From Malacoraja senta (Eukaryota): DNA of 64,000 nt. The stretch lies in NCBI GenBank assembly GCA_038087875.1, contig CM075994.1, positions 5,520,001 to 5,584,000 on the forward strand, written 5' to 3'. A program made the position numbers and the translations under genes. The notes beneath the pieces are model-generated. The model was not told the origin of the DNA, searched no databases, and saw nothing but the letters and a program-made list of their open reading frames with translations. Numbering within the stretch: the first letter of the stretch is position 1; every line of letters begins with the position of its first letter. Of the stretch, positions 12,035-26,600 are shown piece after piece.

Positions 12035-13299
12035 AAGTTTGGCGATATGCAGAATACTGCTCTGCCGACTACAAAATGCAGAAGTTTCAGAAGGAGCGAA
12101 GAGTGGAGAGAGAAGAGGGGAGAGGGAGGAGGAGAGAGAGAAGTGTGTGAGAGAGAATGCAGAGAGAGAGGGGAGAGAAAGAAGAGGGGACAGAGAGGGG
12201 GAGACGGGAGCGTTGGGGTCCTTTTCCGACACAGGTCATCGGTGACTGGGCAATCTGAAATCTAGCACCAAGTTGAAAGCGGCCGAATGTGCGCATACCT
12301 CGGGACAGCCCCCACTCTCCCACGGCCACCCTCCGCGGGCTTCGTGTCGGGTGGAGCGGAGGTGTGGGACAAGGTTCATCCATTCACAGTGATGTGATGG
12401 ACGCGGGTGTCTGGACCAATCGCTAACAAATCCCGCCCCCCGGCAAAGTCACGTCCGTTATTGGACTTTTCTGTTGAGCGGCAGTCTGTCCTTTGGCTTG
12501 TAGGCGACGCCGCCTTTCGGGTAGGCGGCTTTCGACAGAGCGGCCATTCGGTGAGTTAGCTTTTGTGCGACACAGCTGTTTGATATGTTGGCTTTTAGGC
12601 GTCACGCCCTTTCGGTTAGTTTGCGTTTAGGCGTCCCATCCTTTCGGTTAGTACGCATTTTGTCTTCGTACTCTTTCGGTTTATTGGCGTTTCAGCCTCG
12701 TTTTCACTCGGTTCTTTGGCTTCGACTTCTTTGCTTCGGCTTCTCGTCCGTCGGCGCCACGTCCGGGAATCATTTCTTCTATCTATTCCCCCATGACGTT
12801 ATAGACACCCATAATTATACCCCTCGTCCTCCCGTTCCATTGGGAATGAGAGTTAATCCCTCTGGATAACCACATTTTAAAAACCGAATTTAAGAGCTCC
12901 TGTCCTCTTCGTGCATACCTAGATTTTGTTTCACTTCCTTAAATTTATTATTCGAAAATTCCGCTACTGAATATTATGAACATCATTGTCTATCAGAGAA
13001 TGTGGTTTATTTTCTATTTGAGCTCATGCACAATTGTGATTGTAATTTTTAAAGCATCCAAGTCTAACCACCTATTATGCATCTATGTACATAAAGGTCT
13101 CATCTAGACCACTTCCTGTCTGCGCTGTATATTCATTTTAGAATAAACGCTACCATATATCGCTATCATTCTGGCCATCTTACTCACAGTCCTCGTCCGC
13201 TGAGCAGGCCCCGAGGATTTTTCCCATCGATGAGAAAAAAAAATGTGTTTAAAAAATCCTTGAGATCAGCCCGTCTGTTAATCACCGCGATTGAGCTAA

Positions 13300-13355
13300 C
13301 GCCCCTTCCGGGGGGGGCAGAACTATAAAATCCCGGAAGCCTGAACATGAGTCAG
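13300..13355 (+). promoter_or_regulatory. Putative Pol II promoter motifs in the Helitron 5' arm
   Basis: CTTCCGG 13305-13311, G-run, TATAAAA 13324-13330, CCGGAAG 13333-13339, TGAGTCA 13348-13354. Motif match only. Confidence 0.3.
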
Positions 13356-16300
13356 GCACACTGCAAGATCGCGAGGGAGAGGCCACGACTCTCATTCTAG
13401 GCTGTGAATCAACTGAAATGTGAGTCTGCAATGTAATGCAATACATGATGTTTTAGCCCTTAATGAAAATGAAATTAGGTGTTTGGCCTGCCCTGTGCTT
13501 GAAACTGCAATGGCAATGGAAATGAAATGAAAATGCAATGAGCTGTTTGGCTTGGCCTGTCTTGTGCTTGAACCTACAATGGCAATGGAAATAAAATGAA
13601 AATGCAACGAGCTGTTTGGCTTGGCCTGCCCTGTGCTTGAAACTGCAATGGCAATGGAAGTATAATGAAAATGCAATGAGCTGTTTGGCTTGATCTGCCC
13701 TGGGCTTGAAAATGCAATGGCTATGGGAATGACATGTTAATGCAATGAGTTCCTTGGCTTGGCCTGCCCCGTGCTTGAAACTGCAGTCGCAATTGAAATG
13801 AAATGAAAATGCAATGAGCTGTTTGGCTTGGACTACCGTGTGCTTGAAACTGCATAGGCAATGGAAATGCAATGGAAATGCAATGAAAATGCAATGAGCT
13901 GTTTGACTTGGACTACCGTGTGACTTGGACTACCCATTGTCATCTGCAATGACAATGGACATTAAATGAAAATGCAAGGAAATGTTTGGTTTGGCCTGAC
14001 CTGTGCTTGAAACTGCAATAGCAATGGAAATGAAATGAAAATACAATGAGTTGTTTGAATCGGCCTACCCTGTGCTTGAAACTGCAATGGCAATGGAAAT
14101 GAAAACAAAATGCAATGAGTTGTTTGGCTTGATCTGCCCTGGGCTTGAAAATACAATGGCAATGGGAATGAAATGTAAATGCAATGAGTTCCATGGATTG
14201 GCCTGCCCCGTGCTTGAAACTGCAGTGGCAATGGAAATGAAATGAAAATGCAATGACCTATTTGGCTTGGACTACCCTGTGCTTGAAACTGCATAGGCAA
14301 TGGAATTGCAAGGAAAATGCAATGAGCTGTTTGGCATGGACTACCCTGTGCTTGAATCTGCAATGACAATGGAAATTAAATGAAAATGCAAGGAACTGTT
14401 TGGCTTGGCCTGCCCTGTGCTTGAAACTGCAATGGCAATGGAAATGAAATGAAAATACAATGAGATATTTGAATTGGCCTGCCCTGTGGTTGAAACTGCA
14501 ATGGCAATGGAAATGAAATGAAAATGCAATGAGCTGTTTGGCTTGGCCTGCCCGGTGCTTGAAACTGGAATGGCAATCGAAATGAAAATAAAACGCAATT
14601 AGATGTTTGGTTTCCCTGCCCTTGGCATGAAACTGCAAAGAGCTCTTTTGCTTGGCCTGCCTATGCTTCAAACTGAAGTGGCAATGGAAATGAAATGAAA
14701 ATGCAATGAGCTGTTTGGTTTGGACTACCCAGTGCTTGAAACTGCAATGGCAATGGAAATGAAATAAAAATGCAAGGAGCTGTTTGGCTTGGCATGCACT
14801 GTGCTTGAAACTGCAATAGCAATGGAAGTGAAATGAAAATGCAATGAGATGTTTGAATTGGCCTGCCCTGGCATGAAACAGCAATGGCAATAGAAATTAA
14901 ATGAAAATGCAATGAGATGTTTGGCCTTCCCTGTGCTTGAAACTGTAATGGCAATGGAAGTTAAATGAAAATGTAATCAGCTGTTAGGCCTGCCCCTTCT
15001 GGAAACTGCAATGGCAATAGATGCGAAATGAAAACACAGTGAGCAGTGGGAATGGAAATGAAATGAAAATGCAATGAGCTGTTTGGCTTGGACTACACTG
15101 TGCTTGAAACTGCAATGGCAATGGAAATGTAATGAAAATGCAAGGAGCTGCTTGGCTTGGCCTGCCCGGCGCTTGAATCTGCAATGGCAATGGAAATTAA
15201 ATTAAAATGCAAATAGAGGTTTGGTGTGGACTGCACTCTGATTGAAACTGCAATAGGAATGGAAATGAAAGGAAAATGCAATGAGCTATTTGGCTTGTAC
15301 TACCCTGTGATTGAAACTGCAATGGCAATGGGGATGAAATAAAAATGCAATGAGCTGTTTGGCTTGGCCTGCACTGTGCTTGAAACTGCAGTGGCATTGG
15401 AAATTAAATGAAAATGCAATGAGCTGTATGGCTTGACCTGCCCTGTGTTTGAAACGGCAATGGGCATGCAAATGAAATGAAAAATGCAATGAGCTGTTTG
15501 GGCTGGCCTGCGCTGTGCTTGAAACCGCAATGGAAATGGAAGTGAAATGAAAATACAATGAGATATTTGAATTGGCCTGCCCTGTGGTTGAAACAGCAAT
15601 GGCAATGGAAATGAAATGAAAATGCAATGAGCTGTTTGGCTTGGCCTGCCCGGTGCTTGAAACTGGAATGGCAATCGAAATGAAAATAAAACGCAATTAG
15701 ATGTTTGGTTTCCCTGCCCTTGGCTTGAAACTGCAAAGAGCTCTTTTGCTTGGCCTGCCTATGCTTCAAACTGAAGTGGCAATGACAATTAAATGAAAAT
15801 GCAATGAGCTGTTTGGTTTGGACTACCCAGTGCTTGAAACTGCAATGGCAATGGAAATGAAATGAAAATGCAAGGAGCTGTTTGGCTTGGCATGCACTGT
15901 GCTTGAAACTGCAATAGCAATGGAAGTGAAATGAAAATACAATGAGATGTTTGAATTGGCCTGCCCTGGCAAGAAACAGCAATGGCAATGGAAATGAAAT
16001 GAAAATGCAATGAGCTGTTTGGCCTTCCCTGTGCTTGAAACTGTAATGGCAATGGAAGTTAAATGAAAATGTAATCAGCTGTTAGGCCTGCCCCTTCTGG
16101 AAACTGCAATGGCAATAGATGCGAAATGAAAACACAGTGAGCAGTGGGAATGGAAATGAAATGAAAATGCAAGGAGCTGTTTGGCTTGGAATACACTGTG
16201 CTTGAAACTGCAATGGCAATGGAAATGTAATGAAAATGCAAGGAGCTGCTTGGCTTGGCCTGCCCGGCGCTTGAATCTAGAATGGCAATGGAAATTAAAT

Positions 16301-19300
16301 TAAAATGCAAATAGAGGTTTGGTGTGGACTGCTCTCTGATTGAAACTGCAATAGGAATGGAAATGAAAGGAAAATGCAATGAGCTATTTGGCTTGTACTA
16401 CCCTATGATTGAAACTGCAATGGCAATGGGAATGAAATGAAAATGCAATGAGCTGTTTGGTTTGGCCTGCACTGTGCTTGAAACTGCAGTGGCATTGGAA
16501 ATTAAATGAAAATGCAATGAGCTGTTTGGCTTGACCTGCCCGTATTTGAAACTGCAATGGGCATGCAAATGAAATGAAAAATGCAATGAGCTGTTTGGGC
16601 TGGCCTGCGCTGTGCTTGAAACCGCAATGGAAATGGAAAGGAAATGAAAATGCAATCGGCTGTTTGGCTTGGACTGCCATGTGCTTGAAACTGCAATGGC
16701 AATAGAAATGAAATAAAAACGCAATGAGCTGTTTGGTATGGACTACCCTGTGCTTGAAACTGCAATGGCAATGGAAATTAAATGAAATTGCAAGGAGCCG
16801 TTTGGCTTGGCATGCACTGTACTTGAAACTGCAATGGCAATGGAAATGAAATGAAAATGCAAAGAGCTATTTGGCCTTCCCTGTTCTTGAAACTGTAATG
16901 GCAATGGAAGTTAAATGAAAATGTAATCAGCTGTTTGGCCTGCCCCGTTTTTGAAACTGCAATGGCAATATAAGTGAAATTTAAACACAGTGAGCTGTTC
17001 GGTCTGCTCTCTGCTTGAAAATGCAGTGGCAATGGAAGTGAAACGAAATTTCAGTGAGCTGTTCGGCCTGCCCTGTGCTTAAAACTGCAATGGCAATGGA
17101 AACGAAATAAAAATGCAATGAGTTATTTGGCTTGGCCTGCACTGTGCTTGAAAATGCACTGGCAATGGAAATGAAATTAAAATGCAAGCAGCTGTTTGGC
17201 TTGGCATGACCTGTGCTTGAAACTGTAACGGCAATGGCAATGAAATGAAAGTGCAATCAGCTGTTTGGTTTGGTGTGCCCTGCGTTTGAAACTGCAATGG
17301 CAATGGAAATGAAATGAAAATGTAATCAAATGTTTGGCTTGACCTGCCTGTGTTTGACACTGCAATGGGCATGCAAATGGAAAGAACAATGCAATCAGCT
17401 GTTTGACCGGCCCTGCCCATCCCTGTGCTTGAAACTGCAATGGAAATGGAAAGGAAATGAAAATGCAATCGGCTGTTTGGCTTGGCCTGCCCTTTGCTTG
17501 AAACTGCAATGGAAATGAAATGAAAATACAACCAGCTGTTTGGCCTTCCCTGGGTTTGAAACTGTAATGGCAATGGAAGTTAAATGAAAATTTAATCAGC
17601 TGTTTGGCCTGCCCTGTGCTTGAAACTGCAATGGCAATATAAGTGAAATGAAAATACAGTGAGCTGTTCGGTCTGCCCTGTGCTTGAAACCGCGATGGCA
17701 ATGTAAATTAAATTAAAAGGCAATCAGCTGTTTGGCTTAACCTGCCCTGTGCTTGAAACTGCAAAGGCAATATAAATGAAATGCAAATGCAATCATCTGT
17801 TTAGCTTAGCCTGCCCAGTGCTTGAAACTGCAATGGAATTGGAAATGAAATGAAAAATGCAATAAGCTATTTGGCCTAGCCTGCCCTGTGCTGGAAACAG
17901 CAATTGCAATTGAAATGAAATGAAATTGCAATCAGATATTTGGCTTGGCCTGCCCTGTGTTTTAAACTGCAATGGCAATGGATATTAAATGAAAATGGAA
18001 TCAGTTGTTTGGCTTCGACTGCCGTGTGCTTAAAACTGCGATGGCAATGGAACTGATACGAAAATGCAATCAGCTGTTTGGCTTAGCCTGCCCAGTGCTT
18101 GAAACTGCAATGGCAATGGAAATGAAATTAAAATACAGCCAGCTCTTCGGCCTGCCTAGTGCGTGAAACTGCAATGGCACTGGAACTGAAATGAAAGTGC
18201 AGTGAACTGTTCGGCCTGCCCTATGATTGAAACTGCAATGGCAATGGAAGCGAAGTGAAAATGCCATGAGCTGTTTGGCTTGGCTTGCCCAGTGCTTGAA
18301 ACTGCAATGGCAATGGAAATTAAATGAAAATGCAATCAGCTGTTTGGCTTGGACTGCCGTGTGCTTGAAACTGCGATGGCAATGAAAATGAAACGAAAAT
18401 GCAATCAGCTATTTGGCTTGGCCTGCCCTGTGCTTGAAACTGCATTGGCAATGGAAATGACATGAAAATAATTCCAGCTGTTTGGCCTTCCTTGTGCTTG
18501 AAACTGTAATGGCAATGGAAGTTAAATGATAATGTAAACAGATGTTTGACCTGCCCCGTTCTTGAAACTGCAATGGCAATAGAAGTAAAATGAAAACACG
18601 GTGAGCTGTTCGCTCTGCCCTCTGCTTGAAACTGCAATGGCAATGGAAATGAAGCGAAATTGCAGTGAGCTGTTCGGCCTGCCCTTTGCTTAAAACTGCA
18701 ATGGCAATGGAAACGAAATAAAAATGCAATGAGATATTTGGTTTGGCCTGCACTGTGCTTGAAACTGCAATGGCAATGGAAACGAAATGGAAATGCAATT
18801 AGTATTTGACATGGCATGCACTGTGCTTGAAACTGCACTGGCAATGGAAGTGAAACGAAATTGCAGTGAGCTGTTCGGCCTGCCCTGTGTTTGAAACCGC
18901 AACGGCAATTGAAATGAAATGAAAATGCAAACAGCTGTTTGGCTTGGCCTGCCATGTGCTTGAAACCGCAATGGAAATGGAAAGGAAATGAAAATGCAAT
19001 CGGCTGTTTGGCATGGCCTGCCCTGTGCTTGAAACTGTAATTGCAATGGAAGTTAAAGTTAAATGTAATCAGCTGTTTGGCCTTGTGCTTGGTACTTCAA
19101 TGGCAATATAAGTGAAATGAAAACACAATGAGCTGTTCGGTCTGCCCACTGTTTGAAACTGCAATTGCAATTTTTTGTGAAACGAAATTGCAGTGAGACT
19201 TTCGGCCTGCCCTGTGCTTGAAATTGCAATGGCAATGGAAATTAAATGAAAATGCAATTAGCTTTTTGGCTTGCCCTGCCCTGTGCTTGAAACTGCAATA

Positions 19301-22300
19301 GCAATGGAAATGAAATAGAAAATGCCAATGAGCTCTCTGGCTTGGCCTTCACTGTGCTTGAAAATACAATGGCAATATAAATTAAATGAAAATGCAATCA
19401 GCTGTTTGGCTTGGCCTGCCGAGTGCTTGAAACTGCAATGGCAATGGAAATGAAATGAAAAATGCAATAAGCTGTTTGGCCTTCCTGGTGTTTGAAACTT
19501 CAATGGCACAGGAACTGAAATGAAAATGCAGAGAACTGTTCGGCCTGCCCTATGCTTGAAACTGCAATCTCAATGGAAGCTTAATGAAAATGCAGTGAGC
19601 TGCTCGGTGGGCCCTGTGCTTCAAACTGCAATGGAAAAGGAAGTGAAATGAAAACGCACTGAGCTGTTTGGTTTGGCCTGCCCTGTGCTTGAAGCTGCCA
19701 TGGCAATGGAAATGAAATGAACAATGCAATGAGCTGTTTGGCTTGGCCTGCCCTGTGGTTGAAACTTCAATGGTAATGGGAATGAAGTTAAAATGCAATC
19801 AGCAGTTTGGCTTGGCCTGCCCTGTGCTTAAAACTGCAATGGCAATGGAAATGAAATGAAAATACAACCAGCTGTTTGGCCTGACCTGTGCTTGAAACTG
19901 CAATGGCAATGCAAGTGACATGATAATACAATCAGCTGCTTCGTCTGCCCTGTGCTTGAAACTGCAATGGCAAGGGAAGTGACATGAAAATGCAGTAAGC
20001 TGTTCTGCCTGCCCTGTCTTTGAAACTGCAATGGCAACGGAAATTTAATGAAAAATGCAATGAGCTGTTTGGCTTGGCCTGCCCTATGCTTGAAACCGCA
20101 ATGGCAATGGAAATGAAATAAAAATCAATCAGCTGTTTGTCTTAACCTGTCATGTGCTTGAAACGGCAATGGAAATGTAATGAAAATACAATGAGCTGTT
20201 TGGCTTTGACTACACTGTGCTTGAAACTGCAATATAGCAATGATAATGTAATGAAAACACAGTGAGCTATTTGGTCTGCCCACTGCTTGTAACTGCAATG
20301 GCAATGGAAGTGAACCGAAATTGCAGTGAGCTGTTCGGCCTGCCCTGTGCTTGAAACTGCAAGGGCAATGGAAATTAAATAAAAATGCCAATGAGCTATT
20401 TGGTTTGGCCTGCCCTGTGCTTGGAACTGCAACGGCAATGGAAATGAAATGAAAATGCAAACAGATGTTTGGTTTGGCCCGCCCTGTTTTTGAAACTGTA
20501 ATGGCTATGAAAACGAAACGAAAATGCAATCAGCTGTTTGGCTTGGCCTGCCATGTGCTTGAAACTGCAATGGCAATAGAAATGGAATGAAAATACAACC
20601 AGCTTTTTGGCCTGTCTGGTGCTTGAAACCGCAATGGCAGTGGAAATGAAATAAAAATGCTATCGGCTGTTTGGCCTGCCCTGTGCTTGAAACACCAACG
20701 GCAATGGAACTGAAATGAAAATGCAGTGAACTGTTCGGCCTGCCCTATGCTTGAAACTGCGATGGCAATGGAAGCGAAATGAAAATTCAGTGAGCTGTTC
20801 GGACTGCCCTGTGCTTGAAATTGCAATGGTAATGGAAATGAAATGAAATGCAATGAGCTGTTTATCTTGGCCTGCCCTATGCTTGCAACTGCAATGGCAA
20901 TGGAAATGAAATGGAAATACAACCAGCTGTTCTGCCTGCCCTGTGCTTGAAACTGCAATGGCAATGGGTGTGAAATGAAAATGCAACCAGCAGATTGGCC
21001 TGCCCTGTGCTTTAAACAGCAATGGCAATGGAAGTGATATAAAATGCAGTGAGCTGTTCGGCGAGCCTTGTGCTTGAAACTGCAAAGGCAATGGAAGTGA
21101 AATGAAAATGCATTGAGCTGTTCTTCCTGCCCTGTGCTTGGAACTGCAGTGGCAAAGGAAATTAAATAAATATGCAATGAGCTGGGTTTGGCTTGGCCTG
21201 CCCTGTGTTTGAAACTGCAATGGTAATGGGAATGAAATGAAAAACGCAATGAGATGTTTGGCCTGGTCTGCCCTGTGCTTGAAACCGCAAAGGCAAAGGA
21301 AATGAAATGAAAATGCAATCAGCTGTTTGGCTTGGCATGCCCTGTGCTTGGAACTGTAATGGCAATGGAAATGAAATGAAAAATACAACGAGCTGTTTGA
21401 TTTGGCCTGAACTGTGCTTGAAAGTTCAGTGGCAATGGAAATGAAATGATAATACAACAAGCTGTTTTGCCTGCCCTGTGCTTGAAACTGCAATGGCAAT
21501 GGGTGGGAAATGAAAATGCAAACAGCTGTTTGGCCTACCCTGTGCTTGAAACATCAATGGCAATGGAAGTGATATGAAAATGCAGTGAGCTGTTCGGCGA
21601 GCCCTGTGCTTGAAACTGCAATGGCAATGGAAGTGAAATGAAAATACAATAAGCTGTTTGGCTTGTCGTGTCCCGTGCTCGAAACTGCAGTGGCAATGGA
21701 AATGAAATGAAAATGCAATGAGCTGTTTGGCTTGGACTACACTGTGTTTGAAACTGCAATGGCAGTGGAAATAAAATGAAAATACAACCAGCCTTTTTGG
21801 CCTGCCTGGTGCTTGAAATAGCAATGGCAATGGAAATGAAATGAAAATGCTTTCAGCTGTTTGGCCTGCCCTGTGCTTGAAATTGCAACGGCAATGGAAC
21901 TGAAATGAAAATGCAGTGAACTGATCGGCCTGTCCTATGCTTGAAGCTGCAATGGCAATGGAAAGGAAATGAAAAATCCAATGAGCTCCTTGGCTCGGCC
22001 TGCCCTGAGCTTGAAACTGTAATGGCAATGAAAATTAAATTAAGATGCAATCAGCTGTTTGGCTTGGCCTGCCCTGTGCTTGAAATTGCAATGAAATTGA
22101 AATGAAATGCAATGAGCTGTTTTTCTTAGCCTGCCGTGTGCTTGCACCTGCAATGGCAATGGAATGAAATGAAAATGCAATGAGCTGTATGGCTTGGCCT
22201 GCCCTGAGATTGAAAGTTCAGTGGCAATGGAAATGAAATGAAAATACAACCTGTTTTGCCCGCCCTGTGCTTGAAACTGCAATGGCAATGGGAGTGAAAT

Positions 22301-25300
22301 GAAAATGCAACCAGCTGTTTGGCTTGGGCTGCCCTTTGATTGAAACTGCAATGGCAATGGGAATGAAATGAAAATGCAGTGAGCTGTTCTGCCTGCCCTG
22401 TGCTTGAGACAGCAATGGCAAAGGAAATGAAAAGAAAAGGCAATCAGCTGGGTTTGGCTTGGCCTGCCCTGTGTTTGAAACTGCAATGGCAATGGGAATG
22501 AAATGAAAAACGCAAAAAGCTGTTTGGCTTCGCCTGCCCTGTGCTTGCAACTGCAATGGCAATCGAAATTAAATGAAAATACAACCTGCTGTTTTGCCCG
22601 CCCTTTGCTTGAAACTGCAATGGTAGTGGATGTGAAATAAAAATACAGTGAGATGTTAGGCCTGCTGCTCTGTGCTTGAAAATGCAATTGCAATGGAACT
22701 GACATGAAAATGCAGTGAGCTGTTCGGCCTGCTCTGTGTTTGAAACTGCAGTGGCAATGGAAATGAAATGAAAATGCAATGAGCTGTTTGGCTGGTCCTG
22801 CCCAGTGCTTGAAACAGCAATGGCAACGGAAATGAAATGAAAATGCAATCAGCTGTTTGGCTTAACCTGCCATGTGCTTGAAACTGAAATGGCAATGGAA
22901 ATGAAATGAAAATACAATAAGCTGTTTGGCTTGGCGTGCACCGTGCTTGAAACTGCAATGCCAATGGAAATAAAAGAAAAATGCCAATGAGCTGTTTGAC
23001 TTGGTCTGCCCTGTGCTAGGAACTGCAACGGCAATGGAAATGAAATGAAAAATGCAATGAGCTCTTTGGCTTGGCCTGCCCTGTGCTTGAAACTGCAATG
23101 GCAGTGGATGTGAAATGAAAATACAGTGAGCTGTTCGTCCTGCTCTGTGCTTGAAAATGAAATTGCAATGGAAGTGACATGAAAATGCAGTGAGCTGTTC
23201 GATCTGCGCTGTTTTTGAAACTGCAATGGCAATGGAAATGACATCAAAATGCAATGAGCAGTTTGTCTCGGCACCACTGTGTTTGAAACTGCAATGGCAA
23301 TGGAAACGAAATGAAAATTCAATCAGCTGTTTGGCTTGGACTGCTCTTTGCTTGAAACTGCAATGGCAATGGAAAATGAAACGAAAATGCAATCAGCTGT
23401 TTGGCTTGGACTGCTATGTGCTTGAAGCTGCAATGGCAATGGAAATGAAATGAAAATACAACCAGCTTGTTGGCCTGCCTGGTGCTTGAAACAGCAATGG
23501 CAAAGGGAATGAAATGAAAAACGTAATGAGATGTTTGGCCTGGTCTGCCCTGTGCTTGAAACTGCAATGGCAATGTAAATGAAATGAAAAATATAACGAG
23601 CTGTTTGGCTTGGCCTGCCCTGTGCTTGAAAGTTCAGTGGCAATGGAAATGAAATGAAAATACAACCAGCTATTTTGTCTGACCTGTGTTTGAAACTGCA
23701 ATGGCAATGGGTGTGAAATGAAAATGCAACCAGCTGTTTGGCCTGCCCTGTGCTTGAAACATCAATGGCAATGGAAGTGATATGAAAATGCAGTGAGCTG
23801 TTCGGCGAGGCCTGTGCTTGAAACTGCATTGGAAATGGAAGTGAAATGAAAATGCAGTGAGCTGTTGGTTAGGCCTGCCCTGTGCTTGAAACGGCAATAG
23901 CAAATGAAATGACATGAAAAGGCAATGAGCTGGGTTTGGCTTGGCCTGCCCTGTGTTTGAAACTGCAATGGCAATGGGAATGAAATGAAAAAAGCAATGA
24001 GATGTTTGGCCTGGTCTGCCCCGTGCTTGAAATCGCAAAGGCAATGGAAATGAAATAAAAATGCAATTAGATGTTTGAATTGGCCAGCGTTGTGATTGAA
24101 ACTGCAATGGCAATGGAAACGAAATCAAAATGCAATGAGCTGTTTGGCTTGGCCTGCCCCGTGCTTAACCTACAATGGCAATGGAAATTAAATGAAAATG
24201 CAATCAGCAATTTGGCTTGGCATGCCCTGGGCTTGACACTGCGATGGCAACGAAAATGAAACGAAAATGCAATCAGCTGTTTGGCTTGGCCTGCCCTGTG
24301 CTGGAAACTGCAATGGCAATGGAAATGAAATGAAAATACAACCAGCTCTTTGGCCTGCCTGGGCTTGAAACACCAATGGCAATGGAAATGAAATGCAAAT
24401 GCAATCATCTGTTTGGCCTGCTCTGTGCTTGAAACTGCAATGGCAATGGGGGCGAAATGAAAATGCTGTGAACTGTTCGGAGTGCCCTGTGCTTGAAAGT
24501 GCAATGGCAAAAAAAGTGAAATGAAAACGAAGTGAGCTGTTTGGCTTGGCTTGCCCTTTGCTAAAACTGCAACGGCAATGGATGTGAAATGAAAATACAA
24601 AGAGCTGTTTGGCTTGGCCTGCCCTGTGCTTGAAACTGTAATGGCAATGAAAATTAAATTAAAATGCATTGAGCAGTTTGTCTTGGCCTGCCCTGTGCTC
24701 GAAACTGCAATGGCAGTGGAAATGAAATGAAAAATACAACGAGCTGTTTGGCTTGGCCTGCCCTGTGCTTGAAAGTGCAATGGCAATGGAAATGAAATGA
24801 AAACACAACCAGCTCTTTTACCTGCCCTGTGCTTGAAAATGCAATGGCAATGGATTTGAAATGAAAATGCAACCATCTGTTTAGCCTGCCATGTGCTTGA
24901 AACAGCAATGGCAATGGAAGTTAAATGAAAAAGCAATGAGCTGTGGTTGGCTTGGCCTGTCCTGTGCTTGAAACTGTAATGGCAATGGAAATGAAATGTA
25001 AATACAACCAGCTGTTTGGCCTGCCCTGTGTTGAAACTGCAATGGCAATGGAAGTGACTAGAAAATACAGTCAGCTGCTTTGCCTGCCTTTTGCTTGAAA
25101 CTGCAATGGTAGTGGATGTGAAATGAAAATACAGTGAGCTATTAGGCCTGCTCTTTGCTTGAAAATGCAATTGCAATGGAAGTGACATGAAAATGCAGTG
25201 AGCTGTTCGGCCTGCCCTGTCTTTGAAACTGCCATGGCAATGGAAATGAAATGAAAATGCAACGAGCTGTTTGGCTGGTCCTGCCCTGTGCTTGAAAAAG

Positions 25301-26600
25301 CAATGTCAACGGAAATGAAATGAAAAAGGCAATCAGATATTTGGCTCGGCCTGCCCTGTGCTTGAAACCGCAATGGCAATGGAAATGAAATGAAAATGCA
25401 ATCAGCTGTTTGGCTTAACCTGCCATGTGCTTGAAACTGCAATGGCAATGGAAATACAATAAGCTGTTTGGCGTGGCGTGCCCCGTGCTTGAAACTGCAG
25501 TGGCAATGGAAATGAAATGAAAATGCAATGAGCTGTTTGGCTTGGACACTCCCTGTGCTTGAAACTGCAATGGCAACGCAAATTAATTGAAAATACAACC
25601 ATCTGTTTGTCCTGCCCTGTGCTTGAAACTGAAATGGCAATGGAAGTTACTTGAAAATATAATCAGCTGCTCGGCCTGCCCTGTGCTTGAAACGGCAATG
25701 ACAGTGGGTGTTAAATGAAAATACAGTGAGCTGTTCGTCCTGCTCTGTGCTTGAAAATGAAATTGCAATGGAAGTGACATGAAAATGCATTGAGCTGTTC
25801 GACCTGCCCTGTCTTTGAAACTGCAATGGCAATGGAAATGAAATGAAAATGCAATGAGCAGTTTGTCTTGGCATTCTCTGTGCTTGAAACTGCAATGGCA
25901 ATCGAAGTGACATGAAAATCCAATGAACTTTTTGGCTTGGCCTGCCCTGTGCTTGAAACTGCAATAGCAATGGAAATGAAATCAAAACACAGTGATCTTT
26001 TCGGTCTACCGACTGCTTGAAACTGCTATGGCAATGGAAGTGAAACGAAATTGCAGTGAGCTGTTCGGCCTACCCTGTGCTTGAAAATGCAATGCCAATG
26101 GAAATGAAATATAAATGCCAATGAGCTGTTTGGCTTGGCCTGCACTGTGCTTGAAACCGCAATGGCAAAGGAAATGAAATTAAAATGCAATCAGCTATTT
26201 GGTTTAACCTGCCCTGTGCTTGATACTGCAACTGCAATGGAAATGAAATGAAAATGCAAGCAGCTGTTTGGCTTTGCCAGCCCAGTGCTTGAGACTGCAA
26301 TGGCAGTGGATGTGACATGAAAATACAGTGAACTGCTAGGTCTGCTCTGTGCATGAAAATGCAATTGCAATGGAAGTGACATGAAAATGTAGTGAGCTTT
26401 GCGGCCTGCCCTGCCTTTGAAGCTGCAATTGCAATGGAAATGAAATGAAAATGCAATGAGCTGTTTGGCTTGGCATGCACTGTGCTTGAAACTACAATGG
26501 CAATGGAAATGAAATGAAAATGCAACCAGCTGTTTGGTTAGGACTTCCATGTGCTTGCAACTGCAATGGCAATGGAAATGGAATGAAAAAGCAATGAGCT

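Larger units (their letters stand above)
10124..12771. mobile_element. Foldback / long-TIR non-autonomous DNA transposon, Mutator-like
   Basis: 10129-11195 is the diverged reverse complement of 11377-12725, with a ~180-bp spacer. Subterminal ~15-bp-spaced CCGAA repeats. Possible 9-bp TSD ATCTCTTCT (10115-10123) / ATTTCTTCT (12772-12780). Confidence 0.8.

Noticed and set aside
10482..12383. Ser/Leu/Pro-rich and Glu/Arg-rich ORFs
   Set aside because: Derived from CT/GA low-complexity tracts.
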